Positions 1 through 8,611 of a DNA stretch of 64,000 nucleotides are shown piece after piece. Below the pieces are notes generated by a model. That model searched no databases. It was not told the origin of the DNA and worked only from the letters and a program-made list of their open reading frames with translations. The position numbers were made by a program, and so were the translations under genes. Source of the DNA: a virus; the IMG/VR virus record IMGVR_UViG_3300045988_112739; one strand, given 5' to 3'. How positions within the stretch are numbered: position 1 is the stretch's first letter; each line of letters starts with the position of its first letter.

Positions 1-1064
1 AGAACATTGGTGGGTATCTTGATGAGGGTAAGAGAAACGTAAGAGCTATGGGACTGAGAGGTGAGCGTAGCGAGGGTCTTTTCATGCCGCTTACTTCTCT
101 TGAAAAGTTCTGTGATATTTCTACTCTTAATGTTGGAGACCAGATTACCACTATAAATGGCAACGAAATTTGTTGTAAATATATTCCTAAGAGTGTTAAT
201 CGCCATAAGCCTAATAATAGTAAGAGCAGAAGATTTAAGGCTAATAAGCAGAGACTAGAGGAAAGATACCCTTTCTTTGCCGAACACATTGACACTCCTC
301 AGCTAAAGTATAATCCCGATATGTTTAAGCCCGGAGAACTTATAATAATGACAGAAAAATGCCATGGAAGCTCGCAAAGGGTTGCCAACACCTTTGTTTA
401 TAAGGATAATTTACTCTCTAAGATATTCAAGAGACCTAAGTATGAATATGTTGGAGGAACTCGCAGGCGCATTCGTAGCAAGGGAGATGTCGGATATTAC
501 GGTGATGAAGCTTTCCGAGATAAGTGGGAAGATTTCTTTAAGGGCAAGCTCCAAAAGGGCGAAACGATTTATGGAGAGATAGTCGGTTTTACTGAGAAAA
601 ATTCCCCTATTATGGGCAGAGGAGATAATACCAAGCTCAACGACAAGGATTTTGTCAAGAGATATGGCAAGACCACGACTTTCTCTTATGGCTGTGATGA
701 AGATAAGGGTGAGAATGATTTTTACATCTATCGTATAACTAAGACAGACGAAGACGGAAACGTCATTGAATATCCTTATGATTATATAAAGATAAGAGCA
801 GAGCAGATGGGAGCAAAGGTAGTTCCTGAGTTTGAAAGGTTTATTTATACTACTCATGAGGATATGATGGGAAGAGTAAATAAGTATCTTGAAGGTTGTT
901 CTACTATCGACTCTAGACACACTAGAGAGGGCATTGTATTAAGAGCGGATAGGGCAGATAGATACAAGGTAGCAAAGATAAAATCTTATGCGTTCAGCGT
1001 TCTTGAAGGTCTTATAAAGGAAAACGCAGATGCACCTGACATGGAAGAGGCACAGGAAGTATAA
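1..1064 (+). CDS. RNA ligase, Rnl2/DraRnl-like (5' end upstream of window)
   Basis: The frame is open from nt 3, so the listed ATG at 48 is internal. Nucleotidyltransferase motif I EKCHGSS (KxHG), later GEIVG and KIKS. N-terminal LRGERSEGLF resembles an OB/tRNA-binding type module. Confidence 0.55.
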   Translation, partial: NIGGYLDEGKRNVRAMGLRGERSEGLFMPLTSLEKFCDISTLNVGDQITTINGNEICCKYIPKSVNRHKPNNSKSRRFKANKQRLEERYPFFAEHIDTPQLKYNPDMFKPGELIIMTEKCHGSSQRVANTFVYKDNLLSKIFKRPKYEYVGGTRRRIRSKGDVGYYGDEAFRDKWEDFFKGKLQKGETIYGEIVGFTEKNSPIMGRGDNTKLNDKDFVKRYGKTTTFSYGCDEDKGENDFYIYRITKTDEDGNVIEYPYDYIKIRAEQMGAKVVPEFERFIYTTHEDMMGRVNKYLEGCSTIDSRHTREGIVLRADRADRYKVAKIKSYAFSVLEGLIKENADAPDMEEAQEV

Positions 1065-1091
1065 CCCTGTGCTTTTGCTTTATAAAATGAC

Positions 1092-1120
1092 TTGACAAAA
1101 CGATTAAAACGTGATATAAT
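1092..1120 (+). promoter_or_regulatory. sigma70-type promoter P1 (TTGACA-17 nt-TATAAT, TGn extended -10)
   Basis: aatgaCTTGACAaaa...gTGaTATAAT. One of 8 near-identical copies in the + arm. Confidence 0.75.
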
Positions 1121-1155
1121 ATACCTATAATCTAAAAAGAAATAAAGGAGTTTGT

Positions 1156-2130
1156 ATGAGTTACTTATCTGAACATAGAAATGAAATATTTAAAAAATAT
1201 GATACAAATACTTTACTTAATGATATAAAGAGTTTTCAAACAGGAAAAGGAAGATTAAGCAAAGTATTAAATCACTTTTTTGAAGAAATAATATATGAAT
1301 CTAAAGCTCCTAGGGGAAACAAAACACCAATGGAAGCTTTAGAGAACGCAGATGATATTAATTTTATCATTGAATATACCAAGAGTAAGCCCAACTTTTA
1401 TACTGGCGATGAAATATCTAATATAAAGTCGTTTTTTAGAAACGCAGGAAGGCTTGCGCAAAAGGTAGCAAATTTTTGTCCTAGAACAGCAAGAGAGATT
1501 TATTTTAGATACCACGACATCAATGGAGAAAAAATAAACATTTTAGATACAAGCTGCGGTTTTGGCAGTAGAATGTCGGCAGTTTTATTGTCTGGACATA
1601 ACTATTGTGGCTTTGACCCTAACAAAAAGTTACATGATAAATTGGTGGAATATTGTAATTTTTTAAGAGTAAACAAAGTAATTACACCAGAGCAAAGATG
1701 TGGTTTATACGTTTGTGGTAGTGAAATATACAAACCAGAATTAAAATGTTTATTCGATGTCTCGTTTACATCTCCACCATATTTTGATTTTGAAGTATAT
1801 AGTCAAGATAAAGGTCAGTCAATTTCTATGTTTCCGACATATAATGAGTGGCTAGAAGGATTTGTTAAACCCACGATTCAAAACACTTATGAGTATCTAA
1901 AGGTTGGTGGATATGCCATGATAAATATTAAAAACCTTACTCATGGTAAAAGATATCCGTTGTTTGATGATTGGTTCAAAATATTTGAAAGTATTGACGG
2001 GTTTGAATTCGTAGAAATATTTGAAATGCAACATCAGGCTAAAAAGAATTATACTATGAATTCAAATTATTCCAAAGAACAATATAAGGGTTTTAAAGAG
2101 CCAGTAATGGTTTTCAAGAAAATCAGATGA
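1156..2130 (+). CDS. DNA methyltransferase (SPPY type, N6-A or N4-C)
   Basis: SAM motif I LDTSCGFGSRM followed by catalytic motif IV TSPPYFDFEVY. RBS aaaggag lies upstream. Confidence 0.6.
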   Translation: MSYLSEHRNEIFKKYDTNTLLNDIKSFQTGKGRLSKVLNHFFEEIIYESKAPRGNKTPMEALENADDINFIIEYTKSKPNFYTGDEISNIKSFFRNAGRLAQKVANFCPRTAREIYFRYHDINGEKINILDTSCGFGSRMSAVLLSGHNYCGFDPNKKLHDKLVEYCNFLRVNKVITPEQRCGLYVCGSEIYKPELKCLFDVSFTSPPYFDFEVYSQDKGQSISMFPTYNEWLEGFVKPTIQNTYEYLKVGGYAMINIKNLTHGKRYPLFDDWFKIFESIDGFEFVEIFEMQHQAKKNYTMNSNYSKEQYKGFKEPVMVFKKIR

Positions 2131-2131
2131 G

Positions 2132-2212
2132 TCGAATCGCAATTTTATTGGCATTGAGCTTGATGAGAGATATTTCAATATTGCTAAAGAAAGAATAGAA
2201 TCTTTATTATAA
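2132..2212 (+). pseudogene. relic of the C-terminus of a beta-class DNA methyltransferase
   Basis: A 26-codon frame SNRNFIGIELDERYFNIAKERIESLL-stop starts right after the methyltransferase stop. It matches the typical ...R.fIGiE....Y...A..Ri tail of ParB/N4-N6 MTases. The frame only opens at 2108 and has no start. Confidence 0.4.
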
Positions 2213-2229
2213 CAAAGAGGTGATAAGCT

Positions 2230-2508
2230 ATTACTATAAAAACTCGTTGTCCTGTCTGTGGTCGTGAAAATACAACTCTAATATATTTAGACCCAACAAA
2301 CGATGTAGGAGAAACTATGTATAATTGTGTTTGTTGTGGATATGTAGATGAATTTGCTTATGGTTATTATAAAACTATTGTAAGAAATAAGGAGTTTACA
2401 TACTCTTGCTATGATACCAATTCAAAGCAAGAAAGAATTAAGAGAAAGATATATAGAGCAATATTCATGGCAAGGCGTAACTACAGAAAATTCAAGAAAA
2501 CGACTTGA
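2230..2508 (+). CDS. small zinc-ribbon protein (probable ATT start)
   Basis: The track ORF 2317..2508 lacks the first CxxC. The frame opens at 2227 and encodes CPVC upstream of CVCC. ATT at 2230 sits 7-9 nt after aaagaggtg. The stop TGA lies inside the -35 hexamer of P2. Confidence 0.4.
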   Translation: MTIKTRCPVCGRENTTLIYLDPTNDVGETMYNCVCCGYVDEFAYGYYKTIVRNKEFTYSCYDTNSKQERIKRKIYRAIFMARRNYRKFKKTT

Positions 2509-2533
2509 CAAAATGAAAATTCTGTGATATAAT
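2505..2533 (+). promoter_or_regulatory. sigma70-type promoter P2
   Basis: acgaCTTGACAaaa, 17-nt spacer, TGtgaTATAAT. Confidence 0.75.
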
Positions 2534-2573
2534 ATATATGCAATAATAAAAGTACTTTGAAAGGAAATACGTC

Positions 2574-3869
2574 ATGAGTTTTAAAATTGGTGATAAAGTT
2601 ATATATCATAGACGGGACATCAATTATCTCGCCACTATTTTTGATATCCATATATCGCACGATACAGAATGGTATGATTTACGTTTCGATACTCCCCATG
2701 AATTTGCAAGAGCAATACCAGAGGGAATATCAGACAGTATCAATGATGGAGATAATAAACAATATTATTCTGTAAGAGAAGAAAAGCTTTCTCTTAGTAT
2801 TGAAGTCCCTGTATATGTAGAATATGTTACCACTATAAGTGGTAAGCTTTGCCCTAAAGAGTTTGTAACTTCTATTTTTGGTCGGACAGTTATTACTTAT
2901 CTTTCTTATAAGGATAAGAGTAATTATACTGCTTGTGAGGGTTGTGGAGAATATCACGAACATTTTGAATTAAGGTCTGTATGGGGATATGATGGGAACG
3001 GATATAATAGAGCCGCTCATTATTTCTGTCAGGATTGCGTTGACGTTTATAGTAGAAACTGTTGTGATTGCAATAACAGGTTTCTTCCACGCAACATAAA
3101 TAGCAATGGTAGATGTCCTACTTGTGCTAGACAAGCGAGAAATCTTATTAGAAGTTATCACGATAGTCATTATCGTAGACGTAACTTCTATGGTGATACT
3201 AGAAACAACGTGTATCCTTATATGGGGTTTGAATTAGAAACAGAAAATATAGATGAAGATGATGACAGAACAATTGATTGTGCTTATAATGTACATCAGA
3301 TACTTGGTGATGAGTTTGTAAATACAGAACGTGACGGGAGTCTTGACTATGGATTTGAAACAATATCACAGCCTGCAACACTGCAATTTCACGCAAGTAT
3401 GGGAGATAAGTATAGAACACTTATGGATAATTACCGTGAATATGGCATGGAGGGTACTACAAATTGTGGTATGCACGTTCATTTTAACAGAAACTATTTC
3501 ACAAGCGAAGACAACCTTGTAAATCTCTTCACAATATTTAATAAATTCTGGGATGATATTGTTGAATTTTCAAGAAGAAACACCGAACAGATAGAAAGAT
3601 GGGCAAGAAAGCCATCTGATGATGTTGAAGAGGCAATAGAAGAAAATGAAAACAGATATATAGCTATAAATCTCACTAATACTAATACTATTGAATTTAG
3701 AATCTTTGCTTCTACTACAGATTATGACACATTCATGAAAACATTAACATTTGTAAATAATATAGTAATGTTTTCTAAATATGCTACTAAGGAGCAGATT
3801 GACGGTTTGTCATGGGAAGATTTATTCAATACGAATAATATAACAAATATGGCATTATCAGCCGCATAA
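2574..3869 (+). CDS. amidoligase (glutamine synthetase-like, Amidoligase_2 family) with N-terminal Zn-ribbon region
   Basis: GFELETE, ERDGSLDYGFETISQP, CGMHVHFNR and NTIEFRIF motifs typical of the Amidoligase_2 family. Cys-rich segment CEGCG...CQDC...CCDC...CPTC. Confidence 0.65.
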   Translation: MSFKIGDKVIYHRRDINYLATIFDIHISHDTEWYDLRFDTPHEFARAIPEGISDSINDGDNKQYYSVREEKLSLSIEVPVYVEYVTTISGKLCPKEFVTSIFGRTVITYLSYKDKSNYTACEGCGEYHEHFELRSVWGYDGNGYNRAAHYFCQDCVDVYSRNCCDCNNRFLPRNINSNGRCPTCARQARNLIRSYHDSHYRRRNFYGDTRNNVYPYMGFELETENIDEDDDRTIDCAYNVHQILGDEFVNTERDGSLDYGFETISQPATLQFHASMGDKYRTLMDNYREYGMEGTTNCGMHVHFNRNYFTSEDNLVNLFTIFNKFWDDIVEFSRRNTEQIERWARKPSDDVEEAIEENENRYIAINLTNTNTIEFRIFASTTDYDTFMKTLTFVNNIVMFSKYATKEQIDGLSWEDLFNTNNITNMALSAA

Positions 3870-3882
3870 AGGAGAAATTCTT

Positions 3883-4335
3883 ATTAAGTATATAGCATAT
3901 GGAAGTAATATGAGCGTATACCAAATGTCAAGATTGTGTCCTACTGCAACACTTGTAGGCATAGGAACTTTGCAGAATTGGTCTATGGGGTTTTATAAAA
4001 CCTGTAATTCCAATAGGGCATATGTTTATGCAGATGTCAGAGAGAGCAAGGACAACTTTGCAAATGTAGTGGTTTGGGAAATTACAAACCCTAGCGAACT
4101 GGAAACGCTTGATAGATTTGAGGGATATCCTAGTCTTTACAAGAAAATAGACAATTGTAAAGTAGTTATAAAAAATGGCGAAACAATTGAAGGTTTTCTA
4201 TATAAAATGTCCAATAATGCAGAAAATGGAGTCCCTGACGTTTATTATTTCATGCGTATTTATCAGGCTTATAAAAATTTACATATTCCTACAAAGCAAC
4301 TTGATGATTTTCTAGAGAATTTATCAAGGTCGTGA
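3883..4335 (+). CDS. gamma-glutamyl cyclotransferase-like (AIG2/GGCT) protein, probable ATT start
   Basis: The hallmark YGSNM lies upstream of the first ATG (3910). ATT at 3883 is 8 nt after aaaggag and gives (M)KYIAYGSNMS. LDRFEGYPSLYKK follows later. Confidence 0.6.
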   Translation: MKYIAYGSNMSVYQMSRLCPTATLVGIGTLQNWSMGFYKTCNSNRAYVYADVRESKDNFANVVVWEITNPSELETLDRFEGYPSLYKKIDNCKVVIKNGETIEGFLYKMSNNAENGVPDVYYFMRIYQAYKNLHIPTKQLDDFLENLSRS

Positions 4336-4347
4336 GAGGTACAATAG

Positions 4348-4980
4348 ATGGAAGATATTTTAGGAAGAGAAATACACGATGGAAATATGTGTATTTATAT
4401 GGGAATTGGTCAATATTCGCATATGCACATTGGCGTGTTTATGGGTAAATCTATGTATTTTTTATCAAAAGACAATACATTGTGCAGAGGTAACTACACA
4501 AACAATATGTATTTGCTAGAAAATCTTTCTGAAACGGAGATAAAAATTAAGGATAAAGTCTTAGAGCTTCTTTCAAAAGAAGAAGAAGAGAAAGAAAAGC
4601 GTAAATCCGAGATGAAAGCTATTTCTTCTAGCAAATTAATTGTTGGTGGTGTATATGAAACGGTTACTGGTGAAAAATACATATATTTAGGGAATAGAAC
4701 TTACACATTTGAAATTAAAAACGAAAATTATAAATGTGTAAAGAGTGGGCATTGTTTTTCACATTTATGGCGCTCAGCAGATATATCGAATATATCTCAA
4801 AACGAAATAGTGCGGTTTTGTTATTTCAGAAGAGACGCTCCAACAACAGTGACTGTTATAAAGACAAAAAAGAAGTTTGTAAAGTTTCTTGGAGCTGTAA
4901 ATATTTCTTTTCCTTTTGTTGTAGAAGGAGAGCATACTTTTTTAAACGCCCACTGGAATGCAAAAGTAACTATAGAATAA
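4348..4980 (+). CDS. hypothetical protein
   Basis: Long ORF with an RBS-like gagg upstream. No motif recognised. Confidence 0.5.
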   Translation: MEDILGREIHDGNMCIYMGIGQYSHMHIGVFMGKSMYFLSKDNTLCRGNYTNNMYLLENLSETEIKIKDKVLELLSKEEEEKEKRKSEMKAISSSKLIVGGVYETVTGEKYIYLGNRTYTFEIKNENYKCVKSGHCFSHLWRSADISNISQNEIVRFCYFRRDAPTTVTVIKTKKKFVKFLGAVNISFPFVVEGEHTFLNAHWNAKVTIE

Positions 4981-4995
4981 ATTTTCAAAAATGAC

Positions 4996-5024
4996 TTGAC
5001 AAATCTAGTATTTTGTGATATAAT
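4996..5024 (+). promoter_or_regulatory. sigma70-type promoter P3
   Basis: aatgaCTTGACAaat, 17-nt spacer, TGtgaTATAAT. Confidence 0.75.
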
Positions 5025-5083
5025 ATAAGAGTAGTTGACAACAACTTAAAACAAAAAAATCAGTATGTGAAAGGTGAGTTTTT

Positions 5084-5413
5084 ATGAGAATTAAGTTTGA
5101 TGACGTAAACAAGGCTGTAATTGCAGAGGGATATGTAAAGGGTAGACGAGTTAAGGCTATTGCCGTGTGTGCCCCCGATGATGCTTATGATAAGAAGTTT
5201 GGCGAACAGCTTGCTCTTGCTAAGTACGGCTACAAGGAGACACTCACGAAGATTAAGTGTCACGAAAGCAATATTAAGTCTATGAAGCAGGAAATTGCTA
5301 GTCTTATGGCTTGTATTGCAGATGAAGAGAGAATCATCAATAACCTTGGCGAGAAGCTTAACAAGACCAATGAGATAGCTAATGAGATTATCAATGCTCA
5401 TTACAACAAGTAA
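5084..5413 (+). CDS. hypothetical protein (C-terminal coiled coil)
   Basis: ORF with RBS aaaggtgag. Heptad-like C-terminal half. Confidence 0.5.
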   Translation: MRIKFDDVNKAVIAEGYVKGRRVKAIAVCAPDDAYDKKFGEQLALAKYGYKETLTKIKCHESNIKSMKQEIASLMACIADEERIINNLGEKLNKTNEIANEIINAHYNK

Positions 5414-5428
5414 AAGGAGAAAATAATT

Positions 5429-5668
5429 ATGTCAGAGATTATTACAGAAAACTCTGTAGCAACCACTACAGAAAACACAATTAAGAGAGATTTTGCTCCA
5501 CATCGGAGAGCATCTGCAAGAATTTGTAAGACTTGTGGTAAGTTTTATATTATATCAGACCCAGATGTAATATATTATGTTAAGAACTATGGCACAATGC
5601 CTCTTAGATGTGAAGAGTGCCGTGCAAAGAATAGAACGCAAGAAACAACAGATAGTGTTATACAGTGA
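5429..5668 (+). CDS. zinc-ribbon protein
   Basis: CKTCG...CEECR pairs. RBS aaaggaga. Confidence 0.5.
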   Translation: MSEIITENSVATTTENTIKRDFAPHRRASARICKTCGKFYIISDPDVIYYVKNYGTMPLRCEECRAKNRTQETTDSVIQ

Positions 5669-5679
5669 GGTGATTGCGC

Positions 5680-6666
5680 ATGGGAATGAAGTTTAAGGCT
5701 GTTGAAGCCGTAAGAGAAAAGATTGCCGTAAAGATTGCATTAATGGGGGCAAGCGGCTCTGGCAAAAGTTATACATCTTTGAGGCTTGCAACTGGTATGC
5801 TTGACGAAATGGAAAAGATAGATGGTAAGAGGGGGAAGATACTTCTTGCTAACACAGAGGGTTCTCGTGGTAGATATTATGCTAATGAGTTTAAGTATGA
5901 TATCGTAGACCTTGAATCTCCATATAATCCAGAGCTTTTCATTGACCTTATTAATTACGCAGTTGACGAAAAGTATTCAGTACTTATTATTGATAGTTCG
6001 TCTGCCGAGTGGGAAGGCAAGGGTGGTTGTCTTGAACTCCAGCAACAGCTTGGTGGTAAGTATCAGGATTGGTCGAAGGTCTCGCCAAGGCATGATAGAT
6101 TTATTGATGCCCTTGCTCTATCGCCAATTCATATTATTGCCACTATGAAGGGTAAAGACCAGTACGAAGTCGACAAGGATGATAGGGGCAAGGTTTCTGT
6201 AAAGAAACTTGGTGTCGGAGCTAAGCAAAGAGAAGGATTTGAGTACAACTTTACTTGTACGTTTAATATTGATAGAGATAGTCACGTTGCTAAGAGCGAA
6301 AAGGACAATACGCACATCTTCGAAAAAGAGGGAGATGTTCTTCTGTCAGAAGCTTTTGGCGAAAAGATTATTAAGTGGGCTAACAGTGGCGAGGGCGTAA
6401 GCATATCTGATATAAAGTTTGCAGAAAACAGAGAAGCTACAGGTGATGGCACTGTAACCGAAGCAAATGAACTCGCAAACAAGTTGTCGGAAATCAAGAG
6501 TCTTACAGGCGCACTTACATCTGCTAATGTAGATAGAGAAATCATTGCTACTGCAATTAAGAAGTTTCATATAGTGAACGGAAAGCCTAGTGCAAACTTT
6601 AATTCTATAAAGTCTGTAGATGTAGCTAATAATGTAATCAACGAACTTCTTACACTCAAAGGTTAA
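5680..6666 (+). CDS. Sak4-like/AAA_24 RecA-fold ATPase (recombination)
   Basis: Walker A GASGSGKSYT and Walker B-like LIIDSSS. ATG 5680 is 6 nt after gaggtga. Lies next to ssb. Confidence 0.55.
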   Translation: MGMKFKAVEAVREKIAVKIALMGASGSGKSYTSLRLATGMLDEMEKIDGKRGKILLANTEGSRGRYYANEFKYDIVDLESPYNPELFIDLINYAVDEKYSVLIIDSSSAEWEGKGGCLELQQQLGGKYQDWSKVSPRHDRFIDALALSPIHIIATMKGKDQYEVDKDDRGKVSVKKLGVGAKQREGFEYNFTCTFNIDRDSHVAKSEKDNTHIFEKEGDVLLSEAFGEKIIKWANSGEGVSISDIKFAENREATGDGTVTEANELANKLSEIKSLTGALTSANVDREIIATAIKKFHIVNGKPSANFNSIKSVDVANNVINELLTLKG

Positions 6667-6684
6667 TTAAAAGGAGATAAATAT

Positions 6685-7104
6685 ATGTTTGGAAATAATG
6701 TAGATTTTTTAGGTAGAATTACTCACGACCTTGAGCTTCGTCAGCTTCCTAGTGGAGTAGCGGTTCTTGACTTTAATCTTGCAAGAAACAGAATGAAGCC
6801 AAAGGATGGAGGAAACCCTGAGACAGATTTTGTTCGGTGTACTGCTTTTGGAAAGACGGCAGAAACCATTAATACCTATTTCAGCAAGGGAGACAGAATT
6901 GGTATTGGTGGCAGATTGCAGGTAGACAATTACGAAGACAAGGACGGAAATAAGCGCTCAACTACAAAGATTATTGTAGAGAGTATCGAATTCATTGAGT
7001 CTAAGAAGAATTCTGGTAACAACAGCGCTCCTACAAATACTCCTGCTAAGCCACAGCCTGTAGCAGACGATAGCTCTAGCGATAACGAGGACTATCCTTT
7101 CTAA
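6685..7104 (+). CDS. ssb: single-stranded DNA-binding protein
   Basis: OB-fold SSB pattern (GRITHDLELRQLPSGVAVLDFNLA, TDFVRCTAFGKTAE). Gly/Pro/Ser-rich tail ending in the acidic tip NEDYPF. Confidence 0.85.
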   Translation: MFGNNVDFLGRITHDLELRQLPSGVAVLDFNLARNRMKPKDGGNPETDFVRCTAFGKTAETINTYFSKGDRIGIGGRLQVDNYEDKDGNKRSTTKIIVESIEFIESKKNSGNNSAPTNTPAKPQPVADDSSSDNEDYPF

Positions 7105-7117
7105 AGTGATTTAGGCA

Positions 7118-7141
7118 ATAGCGCCCCGTAAAGGGCGCTAT
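7118..7141 (+). terminator. ssb terminator hairpin separated from its T-tract by the TnpB element
   Basis: atagcgccc-cgtaaa-gggcgctat 9-bp stem. The matching ggcgctata plus TTTTTTT occurs again at 8580..8595. Confidence 0.5.
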
Positions 7142-7211
7142 AAGCTGTTTATAAAAATCTTTACATATGTCAATAGATTTATACAAAATAGCTTATTGAG
7201 GAGGTGAAAAA

Positions 7212-8390
7212 ATGTTGATGTCGAAGAAAATAAGACTTAAACCAACTACTGAACAGGAAATATTATTCATGAAGAGCGTAGACGTTGCAAGATGGGCTTA
7301 CAATTATCTTTTATCTGAAAAGCAAAGGGTGTATGATGAATATTTACAGAATGGAAAAAGTGGTCGCAGAGATATCAGTGAGGGGGAAGTTAGGAAGTAT
7401 ATCAATAATGTCTTAAAACCTACAACGCACACATGGCTCAAAGAAGTTAGCAACAACGTCATGAAACAAGCTGTAAAAGATGCTGACGGTGCTTACAAAA
7501 GGTTCTTTTCTGGACAGAGTGGAAAGCCAAAATTTAAATCTAAGAAAAGAAGCAAGCTATCTTTTTATGTCAATTACGAAAGCCTTTCAAGACAGCCTAA
7601 CGGTTTTCGTGGTGAGAGGATAGGTTTTGTAAAGACATCTGAACCATTACCAAAACTCAAACCTAACGAGAAATATTCTAATCCTCGCATTTCATTCGAT
7701 GGAAAATATTGGTATTTGTCAATAGGCTATAACGTTGAGGATATAGAATGTACTTTAACGGATAAGAGTTTGGGTATTGACTTAGGTATAAAGGATTTGG
7801 CTATTTGTTCTGATGGTAAAATCTTTAAAAACATCAATAAGACTAAACGCGTTAGAGAATTAAAGAAAAGACTAAAAAGAGAACAAAGAAAATTTTCTAA
7901 AATGATTAACGGTAACATAGATAAACTTACAGTTAATCACAAACCAATATACAAAAAACCCTTGGAAGAATGCAAAAACATTCAAAAACAAAAAGAAAGA
8001 ATTAAATTGATTTATCGTAAACTTACAAATATTAGAAATAATTATATTCACCAAACTACATCTGAAATAGTGAAAGCCAAACCATTTCAGATAGTCATGG
8101 AAGGTTTAAACGTTAAGCAAATGATGAAAAATAAACATCTTGCCGAAGCAATTTCTGACGAAAAGTTTTATGAATTTATAAGACAGATGAAATATAAATC
8201 TCAAAGATACGGAATCACATTCATACAGGTTGATAGGTTTTATCCATCAAGCAAAATGTGTTCGCGTTGTGGTAATATTAAGAGAGATTTAAAGCTCTCA
8301 GATAGAACTTATAAATGTGATGTTTGTGGTCTGGTAATTGATAGAGATTATAATGCTAGTATAAACTTAGCAAACTATAAAGCTGTGTAG
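7212..8390 (+). CDS. tnpB: TnpB RNA-guided nuclease (OrfB_IS605 with Zn ribbon)
   Basis: RuvC motifs GIDLGIKDL, VMEGLNVKQM and DRDYNASINL. Zn ribbon CSRCG...CDVCG. N-terminal RLKPTTEQ. Confidence 0.85.
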   Translation: MLMSKKIRLKPTTEQEILFMKSVDVARWAYNYLLSEKQRVYDEYLQNGKSGRRDISEGEVRKYINNVLKPTTHTWLKEVSNNVMKQAVKDADGAYKRFFSGQSGKPKFKSKKRSKLSFYVNYESLSRQPNGFRGERIGFVKTSEPLPKLKPNEKYSNPRISFDGKYWYLSIGYNVEDIECTLTDKSLGIDLGIKDLAICSDGKIFKNINKTKRVRELKKRLKREQRKFSKMINGNIDKLTVNHKPIYKKPLEECKNIQKQKERIKLIYRKLTNIRNNYIHQTTSEIVKAKPFQIVMEGLNVKQMMKNKHLAEAISDEKFYEFIRQMKYKSQRYGITFIQVDRFYPSSKMCSRCGNIKRDLKLSDRTYKCDVCGLVIDRDYNASINLANYKAV

Positions 8391-8588
8391 ATTCATCTGA
8401 AAGAATTACATAGTTATGTACCTGTCGCTGACGGGGAATTTACGTCTATGGAGTGTTATATCAAACATGAGTAGTCAATGACGAAAACAGACATGATGAA
8501 ATAGAAAGTTTGTATCGTGAGGGCAAACACAGCATAGGTATATACAGATTACAATAGATTTGCATATATTTATCTCAGCGGCGCTATA
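8391..8588 (+). ncRNA. candidate omega/right-end RNA scaffold of TnpB (extent uncertain, may begin inside tnpB)
   Basis: About 200 nt without an ORF between the tnpB stop and the element end. This inference rests on the known arrangement of TnpB loci. Confidence 0.35.
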
Positions 8589-8611
8589 TTTTTTTAGAAA
8601 GGAGAAATTAA

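Larger units (their letters stand above)
7143..8588 (+). mobile_element. IS200/IS605-family solo TnpB element (no tnpA), boundaries approximate
   Basis: Flanked by a GGCGCTATA direct repeat (7134..7142 and 8580..8588). Both ends share CAATAGATTT (7171..7180 and 8552..8561). Contains tnpB plus about 200 nt of 3' non-coding sequence. Confidence 0.6.

Noticed and set aside
411-920. Antisense ORFs in the track. Examples are 411..920, 10901..11233, 13723..14064, 33064..33435, 39608..40129, 48919..49320, 52198..52545 and 61977..62330.
   Set aside because: Each lies fully inside a longer ORF on the other strand that has recognisable motifs or operon context. They have no RBS and their composition is low-complexity or hydrophobic, as expected from AT-rich antisense frames.
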